Virus record (IMG/VR): IMGVR_UViG_3300025674_000016
Location: 32,001-96,000 of that record
Reading direction: 5' to 3' (one strand)
DNA: 64,000 bases
Origin: a virus
The position numbers were made by a program, and so were the translations under genes. Positions within the stretch are counted from its first letter, which is position 1. Each line of letters starts with the position of its first letter. The notes under the pieces were generated by a model, which was not told the origin of the DNA, made no database searches, and saw only the letters and a program-made list of their open reading frames with translations. Shown piece after piece: positions 31,801 to 40,270 of this stretch.

Positions 31801-32852
31801 AATTAAGAGAAAATCTAGATAGAATAATAGATATCCACACCAGAAGAGATGGCGATGTATTCAACCCAGGTGTTATATTTCTAAAATTAATGGTAAACTT
31901 TATTGTTGATAACGAATCTTTATTTAGAGATCTGCCAGGAGGTTCTCTAGGGGACTTATCAGAACTGACGAAGATAGATAATTTTAATTTAAGAAGCGAA
32001 CAGAATGTTCTTAAAAACTATAGATTACCGATACTAGGTGGCTTGCGAAGGGACTACGCAGGCTTTGTACCTAGCTTGCCGTTACAAATAAAGTCACTAT
32101 TTCTAAACTCCAGTTTGTCTGGTAGAGGATTAGTAAAACAACTTGTTCATTCAAATCAAACAGACAATTTTTTTACAGATAAAAACTTTTTAAAAGACCC
32201 CGTTAAAATGATATCATTTTATTTAAAATATATGAGCATAATGGAAATTGAAGTCTTGACTGGGTTTGAGCAAACAATACAACAAATTGAGATACCTTCT
32301 ATTCTTGGAATAAGGGCCAACATACAAACGGATGAGGAAAGCACTGCTTCTAGAACTGACTTTCATATGAAAAGCCCAGTATGGAGGCTCCTTACGAAAG
32401 AGCTATTTTCAACATTTGTAAATGAAGGCATAGAAATGTTTTGCAGAGCCAGACCATATGTTGACTCTCAACTAATGATAAAACCACTAAAAGGACTTCA
32501 ACTACCTGTTTATGATCAGCATTTTATTATCAAGCCGTCATCTAACTTGGTTGGGAATATTAATGTTGCAGATTCAATTGTAAACGAAACTACTTCTCAA
32601 GCTCAAGAGAGAGTCGCTAGAAGGGTAGAAAATGAATTAAGAAATATACAGAATGATCTAATTATTCTAGAAAGAAATATTGTTGGAATGAGAACGGAAT
32701 TTCTTACTACAAATGGTGTTGTTGCAGGAAACACATCTCAAGTTAGACAGTCTGGGACGCAAGATGCTATAGAAAGCAATACACCAAATAACAATCAAGC
32801 TAGTAGCAATGTTACGGCACCTAGAGGCCCAAGCGGAGACTCAGGCTACTAA
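28893..32852 (+). CDS. large hypothetical (probable virion) protein, 1319 aa
   Basis: Long ORF coupled to upstream gene within the structural operon. Confidence 0.6.
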   Translation: MANLRFDTRSILGTLVPNAYIDKITLESSGDVNVEKNPHIDEVASFGQRNIRTTTDELGQQFILTDEEETEQFDENQVLGGAGSFLTVKVDVLLKDIIEDNAISSWLEQRDVLAQTPNLLSLLNVAAIVSTDKDITNVILRSNNSIADMVFGGASLKSNIISYISPRIGIKSDQILNNPAYQRILDTRAEGNRPRCEENIRAESIRFRISNSNIGTRGRSEIQETSDGVRIRNFNIRFQFTDIKNINPNDLDIFVFAYIDINNFSEQLLGLDTQYNYNRSALQFATGNAAHRSIISNGSIVRNATAFRKSDGSFWIGPVHQMPNGAWMAGASHGGGGPEIFLEKVVLPNISIQDFRNIENIEKNIQNLSLFESTAYPAFGKIFKERVKKNLTISDVSSYFSDLYLSRSKDDSATLFFSFNFDKFAKENTTYPNLLSSMPSLLAENFEILNLKIIRRRVQKPSNFKNSEIGFEVDSREIHIFDKEQVESTVIQAKQVGSSIPSLEGAIFGNSIRELRATQEIGVRCFSVKDRSIGSSTDGFYQYGVEIQVRDSLADFLNSKLAQLVQERKNLYNYFVDASRPFGSHRDPEELPRDPHVNVLRRSISSEPEEEERGNYNLYTNRFTQGFIEKIESDYATRENQKPWIRATSLMTEILLILSGESIGTGTDFNYLFARDIWTLCSPQTGTPDGIQTVIGLLDRIISRMSNMLGASHSTVTEDSTGATRRNSLDGGGSSSSSSEAKKNIHTIKYYFNNAIFDSNIMKQTGFHFLPRVGQNASDFISEGFAGTTTLTSGQFRGRHVTEVLKYFNDLNPQLSTEEVTDFELIQMLVNINPSSFSYLSTSTVMTNGQSFFLDGESSDDNIAILASNIMNLKSPPNEPKRMLSPVGRSANEWNEITTLKDRIIRDNLIDVLADKNCTIETPASPALLVEDLTMSRFQTRLQRDSESDLSGQNVNFRDYLGESSQAPNQLRENLDRIIDIHTRRDGDVFNPGVIFLKLMVNFIVDNESLFRDLPGGSLGDLSELTKIDNFNLRSEQNVLKNYRLPILGGLRRDYAGFVPSLPLQIKSLFLNSSLSGRGLVKQLVHSNQTDNFFTDKNFLKDPVKMISFYLKYMSIMEIEVLTGFEQTIQQIEIPSILGIRANIQTDEESTASRTDFHMKSPVWRLLTKELFSTFVNEGIEMFCRARPYVDSQLMIKPLKGLQLPVYDQHFIIKPSSNLVGNINVADSIVNETTSQAQERVARRVENELRNIQNDLIILERNIVGMRTEFLTTNGVVAGNTSQVRQSGTQDAIESNTPNNNQASSNVTAPRGPSGDSGY

Positions 32853-32863
32853 AAGGGAACAAA

Positions 32864-35569
32864 ATGTCCACACAAGATTGCCCACCAGTAATACCCCCAA
32901 GCAATATAGGCGGCGTTGAAACACGGCAAATTGCCACTGAAAGCCCTGCGTCTCTTGCGAGACCTAGAACAATAGGCAAAAATAAAACTGTTATTGATAG
33001 TGAAAATTTTCAAGTTTTTCCAGAAAGAATGTATAGACAAGGGCCAACACCATTTACAGAAGAGAGGCGTGCAGGTGAAATAAGCCAAGAGTGGATTGAT
33101 TATGGGAAATCTGGGTATGATGGCACTAAGATAGAAGATAGATTTAGATTTGAGTCTAGGTGCTTTTGGACAACATTTGAATTTGGGTCATCAAGAACTA
33201 GCGAATCCTTGAGATATCCCTTGAGATATATAGACAATAATATTTTTAACGCTACTAGTGCTGGAACTAAAAATAGATTCGCGTTTAACCTCCAAACAGA
33301 TGAGGTCGAGACCGGTATTACTGGTCCGGAGAAGTGGTATCCTAGCGGTGATTATATTCCTGATATTTTAAAAGATTTCTGCACAAAGCAGCAGTTCAAG
33401 ATTATTAGGAGACTTGAGAATTTTAGAAATGTTACCACGCAATTTAAAACTTATGTTGAAGGAGGAGAAATCGAAGGGTTCTATTTTGAGCCCCTCTTTG
33501 ATAAAACTAAAACCTTCTTTGATCATTGTCACATAACAAATGTACCATTTTTCCCAAAAGAATTGGAAAAGGTAAACAATATAAACAACCCAGCGATAGT
33601 CTCAATAGATTCGGAATATAATTTCAGAATATCAAAATATGAGCAATCAATAAGCAGTATAACGAATGGTGTTAGCAACAACGATGTTCTTCTTCCAAAT
33701 ATGTATGTTTTTTTATTCGACAAAAAAAGAGAAAATTTGGGCCTAGATACATCTATATTTAAGAGTCATTTAACTCTGGGTGGTCTTTTACCAAACGAAA
33801 CCATAGATTCTCACGAAGGTCAATATTTTGATAATTGGGGCAGAGCCTTTTCTGCTGGTAGTGATGATTTTAGACCTATAGCTCAATTACTTTCCAAATA
33901 TAGACTACTTTTCTTATCTCCAAATGATATAGAACTATTTAACAACTACAATGATAAGAGATTCTTGTTCCCAATGTATGTTGATTTGCAGTTCTCGACA
34001 GATAGAGAAACTTTCATAGCAGACGCTATAAGAGAATCACAACTTACGATTGCCCTTATGAAAGCCGCCAGTTTGAGCGTTGATTCTTCTCTTTGGGGGG
34101 CCTTCCCCTGGACCAAGCACAAAGCAAGAAATAAAAGATTCACAACAGCTACTGAAATATTGTCAACTGTTGGAGCGCCAAGAAAACAAGTTAGAATAAT
34201 AAGAAACAGACAAAAGAAAATATTAGATATTGCTGCTTGGTGGGAAAGATTTAAAGATCTAGAGTGGTATCAATTAGACAACGAAACAGATGAAAGATCT
34301 GTAATTATGAGCACCTCACTACCAGAAGTCTTTATTTCTGAAAATAGTCAATATAACTTTGCAAGAGCAATAATGTCCTTGGTTTTTTCAGGCAAACTAA
34401 GGCAGATATTAAAAGATAGAATAAGAACATTTGAAGAAATAATGACTGGCAAGCCAGCATATTCTGAGACTTTATTTTATAAAATATCAAAATACCAAGA
34501 AGACGCTAACGGATCAATTAGAGGCAGGCCGATTCAAGAAATATTTGTTCCAAATTCAAGTGAGTTAAATATTTTTAGATATATTGATACACAAGTTGCT
34601 TTTGGAAAACAATATAGATACGTTGTTTATGCTTATGATCTTGTGTTAGGTACTGAATACCAATATAAAGTGCCCGATGGTCAAGATGATTTCATGGATG
34701 GTTTCGCCTCGGCTAGAGTAGAAGTCTTTATGAAGCCTTCGATACAACTAGTCGAAAATCCCTTAGTCAGTACAAGAACCAGCGTTACAGATAGGCCGCC
34801 AATGCCACCAGATGTCGATATCATACCTTATAAAAATGTAAACAATGAAATATTATTCAATTTTAATAGTGTGATTGGAGAGATGACAGCAATGCCCATA
34901 GCATTTACGCCCGAAGATGTTCAAGCTATTGCAAAAATAAGACAAAATAGAGGATTGAGTGCAAACTCCCCAATTGAATTTAAGACAGACGATCTATTAG
35001 ATTATATAGAAATATACAGAACTACGTTTAGGCCAACGAGATATTCTGATTTTGCTAACTTTTTTCACAACTCTGTTGAATCGGACCTAAATGCATCGGC
35101 CAGAGATGACTTTAACCAAGATTCATCAACATTTAAACTATCAGCTACTTCAATTGTTGATGAGTTGAGGCCAAATGTAAAATACTATTATACATTCAGG
35201 GCGGTCGATATAAGAGGAAATAAGTCAAACCCAACTCCTGTCTACTTAGTAGAGATGGTGAGTAGAGATGGCGTTGCTTATCCTAGAGTAAAGATTGTGG
35301 ACATGAAGCCAGTAATGCCAGAAAAATCCACAAAACAGATGAAAAAATATATTAAAATAGCTCCGTCCGTAATTCAGACAGAACCGAATTTTTCAAACAT
35401 GGAAGAATCCTCAACAGCCGCCGATTTGAATTTATCTCTGGGGAACGTGGAAGATTCTTTATTTGCCAAGCATCCACAAAAAAATAAAATAAAAGTTAGA
35501 TTAACCTCAAAAGAGACAGGAAAGAAAATAGATGTTAATTTAAACTTTACTCACAAACATAATAGATAA
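32864..35569 (+). CDS. large hypothetical (probable virion) protein with FN3-like segments
   Basis: YIDTQVAFGKQYRYVVYAY and LRPNVKYYYTFRAVD are FN3-like strands. Confidence 0.55.
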   Translation: MSTQDCPPVIPPSNIGGVETRQIATESPASLARPRTIGKNKTVIDSENFQVFPERMYRQGPTPFTEERRAGEISQEWIDYGKSGYDGTKIEDRFRFESRCFWTTFEFGSSRTSESLRYPLRYIDNNIFNATSAGTKNRFAFNLQTDEVETGITGPEKWYPSGDYIPDILKDFCTKQQFKIIRRLENFRNVTTQFKTYVEGGEIEGFYFEPLFDKTKTFFDHCHITNVPFFPKELEKVNNINNPAIVSIDSEYNFRISKYEQSISSITNGVSNNDVLLPNMYVFLFDKKRENLGLDTSIFKSHLTLGGLLPNETIDSHEGQYFDNWGRAFSAGSDDFRPIAQLLSKYRLLFLSPNDIELFNNYNDKRFLFPMYVDLQFSTDRETFIADAIRESQLTIALMKAASLSVDSSLWGAFPWTKHKARNKRFTTATEILSTVGAPRKQVRIIRNRQKKILDIAAWWERFKDLEWYQLDNETDERSVIMSTSLPEVFISENSQYNFARAIMSLVFSGKLRQILKDRIRTFEEIMTGKPAYSETLFYKISKYQEDANGSIRGRPIQEIFVPNSSELNIFRYIDTQVAFGKQYRYVVYAYDLVLGTEYQYKVPDGQDDFMDGFASARVEVFMKPSIQLVENPLVSTRTSVTDRPPMPPDVDIIPYKNVNNEILFNFNSVIGEMTAMPIAFTPEDVQAIAKIRQNRGLSANSPIEFKTDDLLDYIEIYRTTFRPTRYSDFANFFHNSVESDLNASARDDFNQDSSTFKLSATSIVDELRPNVKYYYTFRAVDIRGNKSNPTPVYLVEMVSRDGVAYPRVKIVDMKPVMPEKSTKQMKKYIKIAPSVIQTEPNFSNMEESSTAADLNLSLGNVEDSLFAKHPQKNKIKVRLTSKETGKKIDVNLNFTHKHNR

Positions 35570-35590
35570 AGAGAAAACAACTAAAAACAA

Positions 35591-35597
35591 CTATTTA
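35591..35597 (+). promoter_or_regulatory. putative late promoter element CTATTTA
   Basis: Intergenic AACTATTTA upstream of AAGGAG RBS and the 35621 start. Confidence 0.55.
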
Positions 35598-35620
35598 ATA
35601 GGTAGTAAGGAGACTAAAAC

Positions 35621-36541
35621 ATGGGTTTTTTAGATAATTCTGGTGATATAATACTAGATGCCGTTCTAACCGATACTGGTAGAATGAGGCTGGCCAAAGG
35701 CGATGGAACTTTTAGAATTGCAAAATTTGCTTTAGGTGATGATGAAATTAATTATGAATCTTATAATAAAAACCATCCAAGCGGCTCAGCATATTTTGAT
35801 CTTGAAGTCCTTCAGACACCTGTTTTTGAAGCTTTCACAAACAACACAAGCAATTTAAAAAGCAAACTAATTTCAATTGCAAGAACAAATCTTCTTTATC
35901 TTCCGGTTCTTAAAATGGATAATCAAACTCAAAACACTAAACCGGAATCTATCAATAGCTTTAATCTCCACTTAGTTGCTGTTGACGAAGAAACAGAAGA
36001 TGCCCTCGGCCTAACTAAAATAGGCTTGTTGGCTGGCGTTACCTTGGCGTCTAGTGATAATTTTATCAGGGTGGATCAAGGACTAGATACAGATGAAATT
36101 TCATATAGTTTTACAATAGATGCGGATTTATATGAATCACAATATATACTAGAAATAGACAATAGATTGGGCCAGATCGTAACCAAACAGGGAGGAATAA
36201 CTCGCGTTTCGTTTATTGATGATGATAACATAGCGAGCTACTATTTCTCACAGGGAACAGATACTGCTTTAATTAGCTCAATAGGCCAATCTAGCGAGCA
36301 AGACTCGCAAGTCATAGATGGGCCAAGAGGATCGCGCATTGAATTTAAAATTAAATCCTCAATAGAACTAACAACTAGTAACTTTTTATTTACACAACTA
36401 GGCGGAAGAGTAGATGTTACTGGTGCTTCCCCCGGCACGGGTTTAACTAATGCTTATTATATTGACAGCACTGTTAGAGTAACTGGTGCAACCACAGGCT
36501 ATAGAATTGATATACCAATCAGATTTATCAAAAAAGCATGA
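35621..36541 (+). CDS. virion structural protein (tail/baseplate)
   Basis: ILDAVLTDTGRMRLAKG...FALGDDEINY; strong RBS. Confidence 0.6.
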   Translation: MGFLDNSGDIILDAVLTDTGRMRLAKGDGTFRIAKFALGDDEINYESYNKNHPSGSAYFDLEVLQTPVFEAFTNNTSNLKSKLISIARTNLLYLPVLKMDNQTQNTKPESINSFNLHLVAVDEETEDALGLTKIGLLAGVTLASSDNFIRVDQGLDTDEISYSFTIDADLYESQYILEIDNRLGQIVTKQGGITRVSFIDDDNIASYYFSQGTDTALISSIGQSSEQDSQVIDGPRGSRIEFKIKSSIELTTSNFLFTQLGGRVDVTGASPGTGLTNAYYIDSTVRVTGATTGYRIDIPIRFIKKA

Positions 36542-36558
36542 TAAAATAGAGGAATAAA

Positions 36559-37641
36559 ATGGCTACCACTTTTAAAACATTGACAAATAATGATGTAACT
36601 AGCACAAGGACTTTGCTACACGAGGCTATTCCAATTACTGGCACAATAGTCTCTGGTACATATGATGAGTCGGCTACCGCTACTTCAAACATTAAAAATT
36701 ATTCTCATGGACTATTCCAGTCTGTATATGATTATCCATATTTAAGTTCTTCTGCAAATCAGATTTTTGATCTTACTGTTGGTTATTCAAGTGATTCTGG
36801 GCTGTCTGGCTCTAGTGCTGGGCACACGCAGAATGCAAAGAAAATTAATCTATATAATCAAATGGCTCAAGTTCTAGTTGGATTTGATGAAAACGGCAAT
36901 ATTCAGAATTTTGATAGAGATGGAGATCTAACGGCGGGAAACAAGATAACAGAAGCCGTTTTTATTAACTTTGCAAGGCTGCTGACAAAAGACGAAATCA
37001 AAAAAGAATCTTTTACTTTAAAAGTTTTAACGGGAAGCACAACAACTGCTCCAACCGACTTGTTGACAATAAGTGACTATGGAGCAGCAACAGCATATAA
37101 AATTAACTCACCTGCTGGTGAATATGGCGTTTTGTATACTTCATCTGCCACACCAAATTCTAATTCTGGTGTTGGACTGATCTATTATCAAGCTGGTGTT
37201 GCTGTATTGACTGCCTCGATATTTTCTGACGATCCTAGCAGCCCAACAACCTTCTGTGACTTCGGCTCACCAGCAGATTTTAAAACCTCTGCTGAGGGTG
37301 GGATCGAAGCAGCACTTACTGGGTCGAGCATAACCGGATCGGCAGACGGATTAAGAAACAGGTTGAATAATTTACAATTCAACAACACAACAGAACTAAA
37401 CAGTACAATCTATTTCTGCCGAGCAAATCATAATGATTTTAATTATAGCTCAAACCCAACTTATTTAAACGGCAGTAAATTAAGAGTTAAAAACAACTCT
37501 ATGGATTCGCCAGTTAGCTATATAACAACAGTTGGGCTTTATTCAGCAGACAACGAGCTTTTAGCAGTTGCAAAGCTATCAGAGCCTATTAAAAAAACCC
37601 CAGAAACAGAATTAACTTTAAGAGTTAGGCTAGATTATTGA
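36559..37641 (+). CDS. virion structural protein
   Basis: Ser/Thr/Gly-rich; C-terminal YITTVGLYSADNELLAVAKLSEP shared with the next gene. Confidence 0.6.
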   Translation: MATTFKTLTNNDVTSTRTLLHEAIPITGTIVSGTYDESATATSNIKNYSHGLFQSVYDYPYLSSSANQIFDLTVGYSSDSGLSGSSAGHTQNAKKINLYNQMAQVLVGFDENGNIQNFDRDGDLTAGNKITEAVFINFARLLTKDEIKKESFTLKVLTGSTTTAPTDLLTISDYGAATAYKINSPAGEYGVLYTSSATPNSNSGVGLIYYQAGVAVLTASIFSDDPSSPTTFCDFGSPADFKTSAEGGIEAALTGSSITGSADGLRNRLNNLQFNNTTELNSTIYFCRANHNDFNYSSNPTYLNGSKLRVKNNSMDSPVSYITTVGLYSADNELLAVAKLSEPIKKTPETELTLRVRLDY

Positions 37642-37662
37642 TCTACCCTCTAGGCTTAGTTT

Positions 37663-38826
37663 ATGTCTTATTACAAATTCAAGAAAAATGACATATTCTA
37701 TAATAGAATAAAAGCTCATCCATCCGTTGACTTTACAATTCATAGTGGAAATATTTATTATAATAATAGAAATATGGAGTCTGGCTCTAATGCAGACCCC
37801 GTCCTCCATGTCCCCAACGGACATATCTCTTTATATGAAATAAATGTTGATAGACCCTCTGGTGGTTTGATCTACCCTTTCGTATCTAAGGGAGGTTCTT
37901 TAACTTCATTTAGAACAGTCAACACTTCTAATTTTAATAGTGATTTTTCATACGGTGACATAATAAGTTCATCTTATCCATTAAGTGCCACGATATCAAG
38001 GGACTATATACCTCAAGCCTCGTCTGATAAAAAGCTAACGGCATTAAGAAACTCAATTAATTACTATAGAAACCTAAGTAGTCATTTCCAATTTTCTGGT
38101 ACTGTTGCTCCTAATCACACCAGAGATCTAGCAGATACAAATGTCAATTTAATAAGTATTCCAAGTATATTTTACGGAGCAAAGATAGACCCAGGATCTA
38201 TCGATCTTAAATTTTATGTTACTGGCACCCTTGTTGGCCATGCTAAAGATGAAAGAAGAAACGGAGAGCTAATACAAGTAGGTCCACAGGGTAGCACCAA
38301 CTCAGGGAGTGTTGTTGGTTTTGCCCTATACAACGAAGGTTTTATGTTGCTGACCGCATCACACGCCCTTAGTAGTCACACAGAGGCGTATCCACCTGTA
38401 GGTATCGCTTCGAATCCTAGTTGGGTTAATTTTGCGACCACTGGCAGTATTAGCTCCCCAGCGTCATCAAGTTTTGATATTGGATTTAATGGAACCACAT
38501 TCATACCAACCGTTACAATGCTTGCACACGCAAAAAAAGCAGACCTTAATTACTCAAGTAATATTACTTTTCTAGATCATGATAGTTTCTCAACAGAAAG
38601 TGAATATTCAGAAGGTTCTTTATATAGAGAACCGGAATATAATATTAAAAATACAGTGAAAAGCCCTTATAATGATCCAACTGCTAGTTTTGAAAGACAA
38701 GTTTATATTTCTAGAATTGGAATATATGATGAAGATAAAAATTTAATTGCAATAGCAAAACTAGCAACACCAGTAAGAAAAAGAGAAGCGGATTCATTAA
38801 CCTTTAAACTAAAACTTGATATATGA
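37663..38826 (+). CDS. virion structural protein, paralogue of 36559
   Basis: C-terminal YISRIGIYDEDKNLIAIAKLATP; NYSSN motif shared with 36559. Confidence 0.6.
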   Translation: MSYYKFKKNDIFYNRIKAHPSVDFTIHSGNIYYNNRNMESGSNADPVLHVPNGHISLYEINVDRPSGGLIYPFVSKGGSLTSFRTVNTSNFNSDFSYGDIISSSYPLSATISRDYIPQASSDKKLTALRNSINYYRNLSSHFQFSGTVAPNHTRDLADTNVNLISIPSIFYGAKIDPGSIDLKFYVTGTLVGHAKDERRNGELIQVGPQGSTNSGSVVGFALYNEGFMLLTASHALSSHTEAYPPVGIASNPSWVNFATTGSISSPASSSFDIGFNGTTFIPTVTMLAHAKKADLNYSSNITFLDHDSFSTESEYSEGSLYREPEYNIKNTVKSPYNDPTASFERQVYISRIGIYDEDKNLIAIAKLATPVRKREADSLTFKLKLDI

Positions 38827-39362
38827 TTTTAGGATTAGATATTTCCTCATCAATTACCGGCGTGTCTATTGTTGACAACACTGGTGCAATAATCTACTGT
38901 GACCATATCGATACAAGAAATAAAAATAAGTTTCCAACCCTCTTGGACAAAGGACGATATTTAAAAGAGCAATTACAAAAAATAAAAGAACTTTATAATA
39001 TAGAAGAAATTTATATTGAAGAAAGCCTCCAAACATTTAGATCTGGCTTCTCTTCAGCAAAAACACTATCGACACTTGCAAAAATAAATGGTATTGTATC
39101 CTACTTGTGCCTTGAGGTCTTTGACCTTCATCCAACGCACATAGGCGCAACATCAGCTAGAAAGCTTTGTGGAATCAAAGTTCCACGAGGCACTAAAGCA
39201 AAACAGTTCGTTATGGACTTCCTGCTTGACAGTGATCCCACGTTCGTGGTAGAGTCTACGAGAAACGGAAACCCCAAACCCGGTTTCTATGACAGAGCAG
39301 ATTCACTGATCATCGCAAGAGCAGGACTAGAACTTTGCAAACAGAAAAAATCAAAATCCTAA
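38823..39362 (+). CDS. RuvC-like Holliday junction resolvase
   Basis: MILGLDISSSITG, IYIEE, DRADS acidic catalytic residues. Confidence 0.8.
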   Translation: MILGLDISSSITGVSIVDNTGAIIYCDHIDTRNKNKFPTLLDKGRYLKEQLQKIKELYNIEEIYIEESLQTFRSGFSSAKTLSTLAKINGIVSYLCLEVFDLHPTHIGATSARKLCGIKVPRGTKAKQFVMDFLLDSDPTFVVESTRNGNPKPGFYDRADSLIIARAGLELCKQKKSKS

Positions 39363-40270
39363 AAAACACACTCGGCGGATACACAAGGCAAGGCAAGGAG
39401 CTTATGTTTCATTGCCCCAAGTGTGATCACCACAAAAACAAGCTTTCGGTCAATCTCGATAAAAACTGCTTTAAGTGTTGGGTCTGCGATTATTCAGGAC
39501 GAAAGATAAGCAGGCTGATTCGAAATCATGGCTCATTCTTTGACTACAAAGAGTGGAGAAAGTACGACGACCAGATCGAGCTTTCAGATTTTGATAAATT
39601 GCTTGAGATCTTTGAAGAGGAAGGCGAGCCAACTCTTGATTTGCCAAAAGAGTTTACTTCTCTAGTGGGTGACAATATTTTATTTAGTTCCCTCAACGCT
39701 AGAAAATATCTCAAAGATCGTGGAGTATCCAAGATGGATATCCAGAAGTATATGATGGGGCACTGCCCAAGCGGTAAATATCAAGATTACGTTGTTATCC
39801 CGTCGTTCAATATGCAAGGTGATGTTAATTTTTATGTTACCAGAAACTATAAAGGCGGGTGGCCTAACTATCTCAATCCAAGAGTTCCAAAGAACAGGAT
39901 CATCTTCAACGAGTTGTTTATTGATTTCCATCAAGAAATCACAGTTGTAGAGGGTGTTTTTGATGCAATTAAGGCTGGCAGCAATAGCGTGCCGCTGTTG
40001 GGGTCGTCTTTCTCTGAGGAATCGAAATTATTCCAAAAAATCGTTCTCTACGATACACCTGTCTATTTGGCACTAGATCGAGATGCGGAGGCAAAATCAA
40101 TCAAGATTATTAAGAAACTTTTAAACTATGGCATCGAAGTGTACAAGGTTGATACTTCGGGCTTTAGAGATGTTGGCGAGATGACAAAAGAACAGTTTAA
40201 GACAAGAAAAGAAAATGCAATGCTTATGGACCAAGAAAACACTTTGCTTTATGAGGTGCTATCGGTATGA
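39335..40270 (+). CDS. DNA primase-like protein (Zn finger + TOPRIM)
   Basis: CPKC...CWVC zinc finger; VVEGVFDAI and LALDRDA TOPRIM motifs. Confidence 0.85.
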   Translation: MQTEKIKILKNTLGGYTRQGKELMFHCPKCDHHKNKLSVNLDKNCFKCWVCDYSGRKISRLIRNHGSFFDYKEWRKYDDQIELSDFDKLLEIFEEEGEPTLDLPKEFTSLVGDNILFSSLNARKYLKDRGVSKMDIQKYMMGHCPSGKYQDYVVIPSFNMQGDVNFYVTRNYKGGWPNYLNPRVPKNRIIFNELFIDFHQEITVVEGVFDAIKAGSNSVPLLGSSFSEESKLFQKIVLYDTPVYLALDRDAEAKSIKIIKKLLNYGIEVYKVDTSGFRDVGEMTKEQFKTRKENAMLMDQENTLLYEVLSV

